From: Akkermansiaceae bacterium UBA3385
GTDB taxonomy: Bacteria; Verrucomicrobiota; Verrucomicrobiia; Verrucomicrobiales; Akkermansiaceae
Direction: 5' to 3'
DNA length: 64,000 nucleotides
NCBI GenBank assembly: GCA_002358905.1
Contig: DEPT01000070.1
Span: 14,866 to 78,865 of the forward strand
A program made the position numbers and the translations under genes. This document shows positions 10,711 through 20,686 of the stretch, piece after piece. The notes below the pieces were generated by a model. That model was not told the DNA's origin, searched no databases, and saw only the letters and a program-made list of their open reading frames with translations. The first letter of the stretch is position 1. Each line of letters starts with the position of its first letter.

Positions 10711-11277
10711 TTATTTCTTCTTCTTGGAGGCCTTCTCGGGCTTCTTCTTCATTTCCGTCTTCCAATCCAGCACCTTGGAGCCGGCAGCCACAGAAATAAG
10801 CTCGCCCTTGGCATTCATATAAAAGCACCACGGAATACCAGGAATGTCCGGTTTATTCTCGATGTTAAACTTCTTGGCGAGCACACCGGGCATATCAGTC
10901 TTGTAATGCTCGATGTACTTCTTAGCAGCCTCCTCATCCTGGTCATAACCAAGCAGCACCAGGCTCACTGACTTGTTTTTCTTGATATTCTTTTCATATT
11001 CCTTCACAATCTGGGGCATCAGCGCACGGCAGGGGCCACACCAGGAGGCGGAACAGATAAAAATATACACCTTGGCGCGGGGCAGCGCCTCCGTCTCAGT
11101 GAAATATCCGGCCTCGGCCAGAGCAGCAGCTACAGGAGACAGATTGCCGGATTTCTTCTTTTTCTTTTTGGATTCCTTTTTCGTAATGGCAGGTTCATCG
11201 GTCTCGGCCATTACCTGGGGCACAGACCATGTGCAGACACCCAGCAACACTGCTAATGTAGTCAATATGTGCTTCAT
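10711..11277 (-). CDS. Exported thioredoxin-like (TlpA/redoxin-type) protein
   Basis: Signal peptide MKHILTTLAVLLGV..., active site SASWCGPC, cis-Pro loop GIPW. Start 11277 is supported by an upstream TTGACT-17-TATGAT promoter. Confidence 0.85.
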   Translation of the reverse strand: MKHILTTLAVLLGVCTWSVPQVMAETDEPAITKKESKKKKKKSGNLSPVAAALAEAGYFTETEALPRAKVYIFICSASWCGPCRALMPQIVKEYEKNIKKNKSVSLVLLGYDQDEEAAKKYIEHYKTDMPGVLAKKFNIENKPDIPGIPWCFYMNAKGELISVAAGSKVLDWKTEMKKKPEKASKKKK

Positions 11278-11383
11278 ACGTGGTGCATCATACCATATAG
11301 CATACTCTAAGTCAACACGCTTATTCTGTATAGCCTTCGGCCCGTAAGCCGACAGCATCACAGGTTTTCAACTCTCCCCCATC

Positions 11384-12094
11384 TCAAAACGCCGTAATGC
11401 TCAGAGATATTAATTTCAAAACGACACCCAACAGTAGAGGCGAGAAAGAAAAGGCAATGGAGCGTTTCCAGCTTTTCTCCTGCAGGTAGTGCATAACAAG
11501 CACAAAAGCCAGCATCCAGATTATAACGTTCAGGATGGCTACCAGCACGATGGAATCAAGCATCCCCAGACCGAACAGGAGCGGAATGTACCTCGCCACA
11601 TTGGAAATGACCAGGCTCTGGCAAGCCTCGATGATGGCCGCTGCCAGCAGTCCCTGCTTTGCGGAAAGCGGACGCGCACACAGCCACACAAAGAGCCAGG
11701 TCATGAGAATCTGCCCTGGTGCGCCTTGAAACAGCTGCAGCAGCAGTTCTACAGAGAAACCATGAATATACAGCACATACAGCACAAACAAAGGAGCATG
11801 AACAAGGGCATAGACACCGCAGCTCCGGAGGGTTCGCTGCCAGGGACATTTGAGCATGAATAGCCCCAGCAGATACACCAGCAGCGCAGCAGAACAAGGA
11901 AGATGCTCACGTAGATAATACCCGACAACTCCCATTTCCTGAGTTGCGAGGTAGATAAGATACAACAGGCCACCGTACGGAACCAATATCATGCCATACC
12001 GGGCAGCCTCACGCTTACCGGGTTTCAGCCAATACAGCGCCACAAACATGCTAACAAGCATGATGACGGCATAAATCAATTTGAAAGGTTCCAT
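11384..12094 (-). CDS. Hypothetical multi-pass membrane protein
   Basis: 236-aa ORF with many hydrophobic segments, 5 nt downstream of the previous gene on the same strand. Confidence 0.7.
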   Translation of the reverse strand: MEPFKLIYAVIMLVSMFVALYWLKPGKREAARYGMILVPYGGLLYLIYLATQEMGVVGYYLREHLPCSAALLVYLLGLFMLKCPWQRTLRSCGVYALVHAPLFVLYVLYIHGFSVELLLQLFQGAPGQILMTWLFVWLCARPLSAKQGLLAAAIIEACQSLVISNVARYIPLLFGLGMLDSIVLVAILNVIIWMLAFVLVMHYLQEKSWKRSIAFSFSPLLLGVVLKLISLSITAF

Positions 12095-12099
12095 GTGCT

Positions 12100-12759
12100 T
12101 TATTCTTCTGTATATTCAACAAGCCAGGCCTTGAAATCATCCGGTTTCTGGAGAACGGTGGTAAGGAAGGCATCCTCGAAATCGGCCTTGTGGACGCTCG
12201 GATACAGGGTCAGGATGCCCTGCTGATAAATCGCCACGCCGTGAGCCTGCATTTTCCGGAAATTCGCAGGTATCTCCACTGACTCGCGGCGGCAGATACC
12301 TTCCACCTGTCTGTCCGTCAGCGTCCAGTCTGAACGCAACCAGAACAAGGCAATCCATGTCTCACCATCGAGTTTCTGAATCCGGATATCGGCAAAGGAA
12401 CCACTGTTCCAGGAGAGATACTCCTTCTCTGCCACGGCTTCATCCGTAGCCTTGGCAAGTGCCTTGAAATTGCCGGCCAACATATCAAAGGGCAATTCGG
12501 TGCGGATGCGGGCGGACTTGCTCCATTCCTTCTTCTCCTTGCCTGCGTTCCGGCTGCGCTTCAGCTCAGCCTTTCCATCGCGCCGAAGCAGCCAAACCGA
12601 TGCCAGCATGAATGTCGGCCCCAGAATAAACATCAACACCTGCCGGAAATCGAACCCGGACTCAGCAAACCACCAGCATGCCCCCACCGTGAGAGCCAGG
12701 CCCACAGCGCCATATAACAGATATTCAGCAATTACCTTCACAACGTGCGATTCTATCAC
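12100..12759 (-). CDS. Hypothetical protein with two N-terminal TM helices
   Basis: 219-aa ORF with a GTG start, two hydrophobic helices and then a soluble domain. Confidence 0.65.
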   Translation of the reverse strand: MIESHVVKVIAEYLLYGAVGLALTVGACWWFAESGFDFRQVLMFILGPTFMLASVWLLRRDGKAELKRSRNAGKEKKEWSKSARIRTELPFDMLAGNFKALAKATDEAVAEKEYLSWNSGSFADIRIQKLDGETWIALFWLRSDWTLTDRQVEGICRRESVEIPANFRKMQAHGVAIYQQGILTLYPSVHKADFEDAFLTTVLQKPDDFKAWLVEYTEE

Positions 12760-12886
12760 AGCAGATGCAGAATTTCAACAAAAAAAACACCCATATAACC
12801 CACTCAACATAAAGAAACAAAAGCAAAAGGAGAGCCATTACTGACTCCCCTTCTGGAATGCTATCAGATAAATGTATCAGCAGGCT

Positions 12887-13717
12887 TTATTCCTCCTCGG
12901 CGGGAGCGGCGGCAGCCTTGTCCTTGGCGGACTTCACGAGGGCGTCGGTCTCGGCCAGCACGGCATCGATGGAAGCGGCGGCGGGGGCGGCACCCTTGAG
13001 GAGCTGCTGGGTCTTGTGGTAAGCCTCAGAGCGCTCGGCGGCATAAATGAGGGAGTACACCTTGGACTGGCGCTTGTCGTAAGCAGCGCCCTTCTCCTCA
13101 GCCAGCTGGGCGGCGGTCTTGCCATCGTTGTTCACGGCGGCGGTATCAGCGCCAAGCTGCAGGAGCATCTTCACCACGGCATCATCGCCACGCAGAGCGG
13201 CAAGCATGAGCGGGGTGTAGCCGTTGGACTCCTTCTCATTGATATCCAGACCAGCCTTGATGAGCATGGCGGCAGAGTGAGGCATGCCGCTCCAGGCAGC
13301 CCAGTGCAGAGCGGTGAAACCGTCCTGGTCCTTGGCGTGAAGGTTGATGCCGGGGGAATCCAGCAGAGCCTGCACATAGTAGGCGCGGTCGGCATCCTTA
13401 GCCAGGGAAAGCTCAGGCTTGTTGAAGTTCGTGTACACAGCCCACATGAGCGGCGTGCGGCCGGTGCTGTCCGGAGTGTTCACGAAATCCCGATGAGCCT
13501 TGCTGCCCTCAGCAAATTCCTTCAGGAAGATTTCATCCTTACCGTTTACCACGCCACCCTTGCGGATGAGGGAAACGAGCGAGTCCGTCACCTGCACGGA
13601 TTCAAAGGGCTTCATGGCCAGGTTACAGGCATAGCCCAGGGCCCCCATGATGCACACCAGGATGCACATATCCTTGATGATGGGGAGCCAGTCGGTCTTC
13701 TGTTTCGTATCAGACAT
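12887..13717 (-). CDS. Membrane-anchored ankyrin-repeat protein
   Basis: N-terminal TM helix; ankyrin motifs GRTPLMWA, GFTALHWAA, GYTPLMLAA and GKTAAQLA. Confidence 0.9.
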   Translation of the reverse strand: MSDTKQKTDWLPIIKDMCILVCIMGALGYACNLAMKPFESVQVTDSLVSLIRKGGVVNGKDEIFLKEFAEGSKAHRDFVNTPDSTGRTPLMWAVYTNFNKPELSLAKDADRAYYVQALLDSPGINLHAKDQDGFTALHWAAWSGMPHSAAMLIKAGLDINEKESNGYTPLMLAALRGDDAVVKMLLQLGADTAAVNNDGKTAAQLAEEKGAAYDKRQSKVYSLIYAAERSEAYHKTQQLLKGAAPAAASIDAVLAETDALVKSAKDKAAAAPAEEE

Positions 13718-13727
13718 AGTGGTAAAA

Positions 13728-15206
13728 TCAGGCGTTAGCGTTTACGGTGTTTTCTTCCTCGTCCTTTTCCGTGTCGGTCTCGTGGGCAGTTGTCTCCTCG
13801 GGATTATCGGAAACGAAGCTGTCCTTGGTCAGAATGATGGCCAGCGGGGAAATGAGAGCCATGATGAGGTAGATGGTCCACATGAACTCAGGAGAATCCC
13901 AGAAACCGATGTGACCGGTATCCATCTTGGCGGCAATGCCGTCGAAGCAGAGGTAGGACACCAGCAGACCGCCCACCACGCCGTTAATCGGCTTGGCAAT
14001 GAACATGGGCAGAGCGGAAAGGGACATGTAGGAAGCCACCTTGTCCTTGGGAGCCACGCGGGCCACGTACTCGGAGAAACGGGGGCTGAACAGCAGCTCA
14101 CCAAAGGCGAAGATGAGAATCTGCAGGAAGATGGCCACGAAGTAGGCCTGTCCGATGGTTTCGATACCCGGGATGATGAAGTAGGTCTGCGGCGGCACAG
14201 CCATGAGCAGCAGAGAGCATGCAGAGATGCTCATACCCGTAATCATGAGCTTCACCGTGGAGAATTTGTTCAGAATCGGGATGATGAGGATGAGACCTGT
14301 GATAATCACGAAGGGATTCAGGGAGTTCATGAAGCCCAGCTGGAAGTCGTCACCAATAGTGCGCAGGTAATACTGCGGCATCACCAGGAACTGCAGGGTG
14401 AACACCAGACGCACACCCAGCGTGAGCACCAGGAACACGATGAGCTTCTGGAAAGCACGCTCGCGAGCCACCTGAGCAATGAGCTGCAGCGGGCGCTGAG
14501 CAGACTTCTCCGTCTTCACGATGCGCTCCTCCGGCACGGCGAAGAAGTCTTCATCAATGAAGCGGGTGAAGATGAAGGCGATGCAGTTGCAGGCAGTACC
14601 GAAGTTAATCACCCACAGCAGACCGTCGATGTCACCCTTCCAGGCCAACAGCGGGTCCACAATGGCAAAACCGGCCAGAAGAGCGCCCACGTTCATGAAC
14701 AGGTAGTAGAAATTGAAACCTGTGGGACGTGCGCGCAACGTGGTGAAGCGGCGGATGGAGGTGGTGATACAGGGGCTCATGAAAGCCGTACCGAAGGACA
14801 TCATGCCGATGCCGGCCATCACGAAATAGCGGGAATCATCCTGGCTGAGCTGCAGAATCTCGGTACCGAAGTCGGCACCCATGCCCAGCACCAGACGACC
14901 ACCAATCAGCATGATGAAGCCGATGAGGTAGGTGCGACGCAGGCCGATGATATCGCAGATAGTGCCCACTGCGAACACAAAGAGGGACACGAACAGCGTG
15001 TACATGCCCACCCAGTACGGAGCATCTGCATCGCGGAAGCCGCAGTACTTGTTCAGGAACAGGGAGAACACGATGATGAGCGTGAAGTACGACAGGCCGT
15101 CGAAGAACTGAATGAAGTTCGTCAGCCAGAAGTTCTTACCACACTCGCGAAGCACTCCGAATTCGGAGAAGTACTTGACGATGAAGTTCTGTTTTTTGTC
15201 GGTCAT
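13728..15206 (-). CDS. MFS transporter, POT/peptide-transporter-like
   Basis: About 12 TM helices; GFNFYYLFMNVGA, SLNPFVII and FGELLFSPRFSEYVARVAP resemble POT-family motifs. Confidence 0.8.
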   Translation of the reverse strand: MTDKKQNFIVKYFSEFGVLRECGKNFWLTNFIQFFDGLSYFTLIIVFSLFLNKYCGFRDADAPYWVGMYTLFVSLFVFAVGTICDIIGLRRTYLIGFIMLIGGRLVLGMGADFGTEILQLSQDDSRYFVMAGIGMMSFGTAFMSPCITTSIRRFTTLRARPTGFNFYYLFMNVGALLAGFAIVDPLLAWKGDIDGLLWVINFGTACNCIAFIFTRFIDEDFFAVPEERIVKTEKSAQRPLQLIAQVARERAFQKLIVFLVLTLGVRLVFTLQFLVMPQYYLRTIGDDFQLGFMNSLNPFVIITGLILIIPILNKFSTVKLMITGMSISACSLLLMAVPPQTYFIIPGIETIGQAYFVAIFLQILIFAFGELLFSPRFSEYVARVAPKDKVASYMSLSALPMFIAKPINGVVGGLLVSYLCFDGIAAKMDTGHIGFWDSPEFMWTIYLIMALISPLAIILTKDSFVSDNPEETTAHETDTEKDEEENTVNANA

Positions 15207-15227
15207 AAATCTATTTCTGTCTTATTA

Positions 15228-16895
15228 TCAGGCCAGTACAGCACCCTTGCTGGCGTTGGTGGCGAGCTTGCGGTAGCGCTTGAGCCACTTGCTGGGGATT
15301 TCCTGCATGGTGGGCTGCCACACGGCGCGGCGGGCGGCGATTTCCTCGTCGCTCAGCTCCACATTCATGCTGCGGGCAGGAATGTCGATGGAGATGATAT
15401 CGCCATCCTTGAGCAGGCCGATGAGGCCTCCTTCTGCGGCTTCCGGGGAAACGTGGCCGATGCAGGCACCGTGCGTAGCGCCGGAGAAACGGCCATCGGT
15501 GATGAGAGCCACGCAGTTGCCCAGGCCCTTGCCCATGATGTAGCTGGTGGGGGCAAGCATTTCCTGCATGCCGGGACCACCCTTCGGGCCTTCGTTGCGG
15601 ATAACCACCACATCGCCGGGCTTTACCTTGTCGGCCAGAATACCGGCACAGGCATCTTCCTGGCTTTCAAAAATAACAGCCGGTCCGCGGTGTACCATCA
15701 TCTCAGGCAACACACCTGCCTTCTTCACAATAGCGCCCTGCTCGGCCAGGTTGCCGAAGAGCACAGCCAGACCGCCGTCCTTGGAGTAGGCGTTATCCAG
15801 AGTGCGGATAACGGCTGGGTCCTGGGTGGAAAGCCCCTCAATCTGCTCGCCGAGCGTCTTGCCGCTCACGGTGGGCACATCAGTCTTCAGAGCACCGGGA
15901 ATCTTGTTGATTTCAGCCAGAATGGTCATGATACCACCGGCGCGCAGCACATCGTGCATGTGGTAGCGGGAGCTGGGGGCTACCTTGCAGATGTTGGGCG
16001 TGCGCTTGGAAATCTCATCAATACGCTTGAGGTCATACTCAAAACCGGCCTCGGCAGCAAAGGCAAGCGTGTGCAGCACGGTGTTGGAGGAACCGCCCAT
16101 GGCCATATCGCAGGTGAACACGTTGTCGATAGCAGCCTCGGTGATAAGGTCGCGGGGCAGCGGACCACCCTGCTTTGCCATCTCCACGGCGCGGCGTGCA
16201 GCTGCGCGCCAGAATTCTTTACGTTCCTCAGAAAGTGCCAGCAGCGTGCCGTTGCCCGGCAGAGCCAGGCCCAGTACCTCGCACAGGCAGTTCATGGAAT
16301 TGGCCGTGAACATGCCACTGCAGGACCCGGCACTCGGGCACGCATGGCACTCCACATAGTGCAGTTCATCCTCTGTAATCTTACCGGCGGTGCAGGCGGC
16401 CACAGCCTCGAACACACTGTTGAGGTCCAGGTCTTCGCCATTGCGGCCCTTACCCACAGCCATGGGGCCACCGCTGCAGAAAATGGTCGGTATATTGCAA
16501 CGCAGAGCGCCCATCACCATACCGGGCACAATCTTGTCGCAGTTCGGAATGCAGATGCAGGCATCGAATGCGTGGGCAGAAAGCATCGTTTCCACGCTGT
16601 CAGCAATCAGCTCGCGACTGGCCAGAGAGAACTTCATACCCTGGTGAGCCATGGCGATACCATCACACACACCAATGAGGTTGAACTCGATAGGAGTGCC
16701 ACCAGCCTTGCGCACCTCATCCTTGATAAGCTCAGCCACTTTGTTGAGGTGCACGTGGCCGGGAATAACCTCATTGAAAGAATTGCAAATCGCAATAAAC
16801 GGCTTACGGATATCCTCATCCGTCATGCCCGTGGCGCGCATCAGGCTGCGATGCGGCGCACGCTGAATACCCAACTTGGTACGATCTGATAACAT
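15228..16895 (-). CDS. ilvD: Dihydroxy-acid dehydratase
   Basis: [52 protein letters not shown] and TDGRFSG. Confidence 0.98.
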   Translation of the reverse strand: MLSDRTKLGIQRAPHRSLMRATGMTDEDIRKPFIAICNSFNEVIPGHVHLNKVAELIKDEVRKAGGTPIEFNLIGVCDGIAMAHQGMKFSLASRELIADSVETMLSAHAFDACICIPNCDKIVPGMVMGALRCNIPTIFCSGGPMAVGKGRNGEDLDLNSVFEAVAACTAGKITEDELHYVECHACPSAGSCSGMFTANSMNCLCEVLGLALPGNGTLLALSEERKEFWRAAARRAVEMAKQGGPLPRDLITEAAIDNVFTCDMAMGGSSNTVLHTLAFAAEAGFEYDLKRIDEISKRTPNICKVAPSSRYHMHDVLRAGGIMTILAEINKIPGALKTDVPTVSGKTLGEQIEGLSTQDPAVIRTLDNAYSKDGGLAVLFGNLAEQGAIVKKAGVLPEMMVHRGPAVIFESQEDACAGILADKVKPGDVVVIRNEGPKGGPGMQEMLAPTSYIMGKGLGNCVALITDGRFSGATHGACIGHVSPEAAEGGLIGLLKDGDIISIDIPARSMNVELSDEEIAARRAVWQPTMQEIPSKWLKRYRKLATNASKGAVLA

Positions 16896-17035
16896 AGCGC
16901 GGCGACTTTACCATAAATCTAACCTCATTTCCAGCATTATTTTCCGCCCCGCCGGAGAGTGTGCGACATATTACCCTGCAACGGGTAGAGATATAGATTG
17001 CACGGGCGGCAGGATTCGGCTATTCATGGAGCATC

Positions 17036-18211
17036 ATGAGCACAAAAACCGCAGCCCACACCACCGCTCACTTCATCATGGTCTTTCTGCTCGTGAGCCT
17101 GAACCTGCGCATGGCTTTCTCCGCCGCCGACCCGCTGCTCACCCAGGTGAGGCATGCACTGCACATGGGCATCACCAGCAGCGGGCTCTTTGCCCTGCTG
17201 CCCATCATGGCGCTGGGCATTGCCGCCCCCATGGGCGCCCGTCTGGTGGAGTGGATACGCCCCGGAAACCTGATTACCTGGGCCATGCTTCTGGCTACAG
17301 CCGGGGTACTCTGGCGCAGCAGCGGGTACATGGCGGGGCTCTTCTGCGGCACCATCATCATTGGTCTGGGGCTGGGCGTGGCGGGCTCAGTCATTCTGGG
17401 GATTGTGAAGCAGGCTATCCCCACCCACCTGCCGGAGGTCATGAGCGCCTACACCGCATGTGTCAGCCTCGGCACAGCCATTGGCTCAGGCGCGGCCGTC
17501 CCCATTGCACGACTGCTGGAGGGCTGGCAGGCGGGGCTCATGTTCTGGGCGCTCCCCATGCTGCTGGCCACGATTCTCTGGGCCTTCACCATGCACCGGC
17601 GGCAGAATATTCACGATGGACAACCCACCATGCGCGCCCCCATGCTGCCTTTGCTCAAGAAGCGGAGCGCCCGCATGGTCACGCTTTATTACCTTTTCCG
17701 AGTGGCCAGTTCATGGCTGCTGGTGGTGTGGCTGGTCACGCTGCTGCACCAGCGGGGAATGAGTACAGAAAAAGCGGGGCTCCTGCTATCGCTGACCACG
17801 GCATGCCAGATTCCCTGTGCTCTCATATCGGGTCTCGCCATCCGCTGGCTGGGCAGTATACGGAGGCTCATGACCATTGCCACCCTGCTCGCCGTGGTCG
17901 CCTGCTGGGGATTGCTGGTCGCTCCTGAGGGGTACTGGCTGGTATCCGCCATAGCCCTCGGCGCTGGGCTGGGCAGCATCTTCTCTGTGGGCATGACTCT
18001 CATTGCCACCACCGAGCCCGGCGAGTCCGGCACCATCGCACTTTCCGGTCTGGCACAGGGCATAGGCTTCACCGGCGGAGGTCTGCTTGCCTGGGCAGCC
18101 GGCGCAGGCATGGCTACCGCCAATCCCTGCCTCTCCCTCGCCCTGCTCTACACGATATTTGCCCTCAGCGGTCTCTACTTCGGACTCCGCTGCGGCAAAG
18201 AGGGCGTGTAA
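17036..18211 (+). CDS. MFS transporter, CynX/YeaN-like
   Basis: SLNLR motif in TM1, 12 hydrophobic helices and C-terminal LSGLAQGIGF. Confidence 0.8.
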   Translation: MSTKTAAHTTAHFIMVFLLVSLNLRMAFSAADPLLTQVRHALHMGITSSGLFALLPIMALGIAAPMGARLVEWIRPGNLITWAMLLATAGVLWRSSGYMAGLFCGTIIIGLGLGVAGSVILGIVKQAIPTHLPEVMSAYTACVSLGTAIGSGAAVPIARLLEGWQAGLMFWALPMLLATILWAFTMHRRQNIHDGQPTMRAPMLPLLKKRSARMVTLYYLFRVASSWLLVVWLVTLLHQRGMSTEKAGLLLSLTTACQIPCALISGLAIRWLGSIRRLMTIATLLAVVACWGLLVAPEGYWLVSAIALGAGLGSIFSVGMTLIATTEPGESGTIALSGLAQGIGFTGGGLLAWAAGAGMATANPCLSLALLYTIFALSGLYFGLRCGKEGV

Positions 18212-18226
18212 TCCCAACGTATCACT

Positions 18227-18952
18227 CTACTCTGCCTCGGCGTACTTGACTAATTTCGCGCCGTGGTCACGCAGGAGCTGGGTGTAGCGAGGAGGAATCT
18301 CCTCGTAGCTTTCGTACATGACAGCCTCATCCAGCAACGAGAAGCCGAAGCGCATGGAAGAAACATCTGCCCCCGCAGCCAGCAGAAGCTCCATGCACTC
18401 GCCCGAAAGCGGTTTAAGATTGAGGATGGGCATCGTGGCCCAGATGGCAGGGATTCCTTGCACACTGCAGGCATTCGGCGAAACGCCTGCATCCAGCAAC
18501 GGCTTTACCTCTGCTGCATGGTTATGACTGGCATGCCAGACCAGCTCGTATTCCGGATTGGTTGGCTTAAGTCCCTGCTCCCGGAGCAGCTGAATCAGGG
18601 GCTCATTGTAAATCTGCCCGAGCGCAAGGTCCAGCGCATTATGCCCCTGGGGAGTGCAGGCCTTCACATCAGCGCCATGAGCCAGCAACAGCCTGACCGA
18701 TTCCACGGCATCCTCTATCTGGCCATCATCCTCGAACAAGGATTGGGAGATACCGTAGGCATTCAGCAGCGGCGTGAGTCCCTCCGCATTGCGGGCATTG
18801 ACCTCAGCCCCATCCTCCAGCAGCTGCCGCACATCCGCAGGTCCATAGTTACCGTAGCTGAAGGTAACAGCCTCCAGAAGCCGGGCATCCCGGGTGGCAC
18901 TACAGGCAACCAGCACCAAGGCAAACAGGCAGGTATAACAGAATCTCTTCAT
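18227..18952 (-). CDS. Ankyrin-repeat lipoprotein
   Basis: MKRFCYTCLFALVLVAC lipobox-like signal; repeats GAEVNARNAEGLTPLL, LLAHGADV and LLAAGADV. Start chosen from the TTGCAT-17-TATTCT promoter. Confidence 0.8.
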   Translation of the reverse strand: MKRFCYTCLFALVLVACSATRDARLLEAVTFSYGNYGPADVRQLLEDGAEVNARNAEGLTPLLNAYGISQSLFEDDGQIEDAVESVRLLLAHGADVKACTPQGHNALDLALGQIYNEPLIQLLREQGLKPTNPEYELVWHASHNHAAEVKPLLDAGVSPNACSVQGIPAIWATMPILNLKPLSGECMELLLAAGADVSSMRFGFSLLDEAVMYESYEEIPPRYTQLLRDHGAKLVKYAEAE

Positions 18953-19125
18953 TTCCAATGAAAGAATAGCACAGAGAAAGCCCACATGCAAGAACAAGCG
19001 GGCTGATTTCACCTGGAGAAATCAACCCGAGAATAACTTATTACCGAATCTGCTTACTTCTTAAGCAACTCAGCAGTGGGAGCAAGAAGTGCCACTCTTA
19101 TATAACAAATCAAAAAAAATCAGTC

Positions 19126-20049
19126 TCAGCTATTTTGCCTACAAATCTCCAGGCATTCATCAATGCTGGTAACACCCTTCATGGCACCGGCTCGCAGAAG
19201 CCGCTGAACACACGAAAGATGCCCGGTCATCATAGCATAATACAACGCCGTTTGCCCCTCCGGATTTTCGGCGTCCACCTCCGCACCATGTGCCAGTAGA
19301 ACCTCAATACACTCAAGATAACCATGCATCGCCGCTATCCGCAATGCAGAAAAGCCGGATTCATCTACAGCCTCCACATCTGCCCCCCGCGCTAACATAG
19401 ACTCTATAATCCTTTCGTCTCCTGTGTAAGCCATGTGCAGCATGATACCTTCCACTGTATAACCGGCTCGATTCACATCTGCCCCAGACTGAAGCAGCAA
19501 AGACGCTACATCACCTTTCCACTCCTGAATCGCCAGACTCAGCGCGGTTTCTCCGCGTGAACTCACGGCATTCACATCCGCTCCGGCATCGAGAAGCATC
19601 TGAACACACCAGTCATCAAAAGGATTCATCGCAGCTCCCATAAGGGCCGTATACCCCAGACAATCTGCAGCATTTACATCTGCTCCCGCCTTAATCAGCA
19701 AATTCACGCACTCTTTCATGCGTTCAAATTCGTCAATATCTATCTCGTCATCAAAAACATCATCAGGCTCCGAATCGCATTTCCGATGCCAATCCTCATA
19801 CGGAGGGATGCACAAAAAAATGAGCGCACTTCTGCCGTACTCATCAACCGCATTCACCTCCGCGCCTGCTGCAAGCAACGCTTTTACGCATTCGACTTGA
19901 CCATTATACGATGCAATCATCAGACTGCTATAGCCCTTCTCATCCACAGAATTCGCATCCGCTCCAGCAGAAAGAGCCGCATGCAGCATCACTGCATCTC
20001 CTTTACATGCAGACTCACACAACAATTTATTTGCTTCTTTTTTATTCAT
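19126..20049 (-). CDS. Cytoplasmic ankyrin-repeat protein (about 8 repeats)
   Basis: Repeated GADVNAVD..G.SAL..A units throughout, with an acidic insert. Confidence 0.9.
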   Translation of the reverse strand: MNKKEANKLLCESACKGDAVMLHAALSAGADANSVDEKGYSSLMIASYNGQVECVKALLAAGAEVNAVDEYGRSALIFLCIPPYEDWHRKCDSEPDDVFDDEIDIDEFERMKECVNLLIKAGADVNAADCLGYTALMGAAMNPFDDWCVQMLLDAGADVNAVSSRGETALSLAIQEWKGDVASLLLQSGADVNRAGYTVEGIMLHMAYTGDERIIESMLARGADVEAVDESGFSALRIAAMHGYLECIEVLLAHGAEVDAENPEGQTALYYAMMTGHLSCVQRLLRAGAMKGVTSIDECLEICRQNS

Positions 20050-20368
20050 ATTGAACTCTGTTTTTCTCTATTGCAGACGCAAGCAATTCGTATTGTCTTG
20101 CGGTCATCATATCGAATATATTTTAATTCTGTTTGAAAATTAAACATCCCCCTGCACCCTCTTTGTTGGGTGGCACCGGGTGGGTACATCGCCATCCTAA
20201 CACAAGGGAGCGCCCCCTTCCTTATCAACTATAGTATTCTGACTTTGAAATATTACATATAAAGAGCCACAATCCAGAACACCAAAACATCACGCTGTCT
20301 ATCTTACCTCAGAAACGGGATAGAGCGAAAAACCGCCCCCCCTTGCACGACAGCGTCAGAAAAAGCGC

Positions 20369-20427
20369 TTGACAAAAAAGTTAGCTTGAACTAAACTTCG
20401 GCCGTCTTCACAATTAGCCTGCACTAA
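20369..20427 (+). promoter_or_regulatory. feoA promoter with two TTAG-N6-CTAA palindromes (DtxR/MntR-like operator)
   Basis: TTGACA 20369-74, 17-nt spacer, TAAACT 20392-97. Boxes TTAGcttgaaCTAA (20381-94) and TTAGcctgcaCTAA (20414-27). Confidence 0.75.
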
Positions 20428-20434
20428 CACCAGC

Positions 20435-20674
20435 ATGGAAACAGAGAACATCAGATTAAACCAGGTCAAGGTTGGCCGCAGTGTCCGGGTCGTGCGAGTT
20501 CACGGAGAAGGAGCACTTCGGCAGCGGATACTAGACATGGGGCTGACCAAAAACGCAGAGGTCAAAGTACTCAAGATGGCGCCGTTTGGAGACCCGATAG
20601 AGATGACAGTACGAGGTTTTGAACTCTCTCTGCGAAAGGCAGAGGCCGCCTGCATCGAAGTAACAACCAGATAA
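20435..20674 (+). CDS. feoA: Ferrous iron transport protein A
   Basis: RQRILDMGL, APFGDPIE and RGFELSLRK.EA. Confidence 0.97.
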   Translation: METENIRLNQVKVGRSVRVVRVHGEGALRQRILDMGLTKNAEVKVLKMAPFGDPIEMTVRGFELSLRKAEAACIEVTTR

Positions 20675-20686
20675 AGAAGCACACCG

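Noticed and set aside
13647..16889. 1080-aa + strand ORF spanning the MFS gene and ilvD
   Set aside because: It is an antisense shadow of two well-supported genes with strong codon bias; His/Gly-rich with no domain signal.
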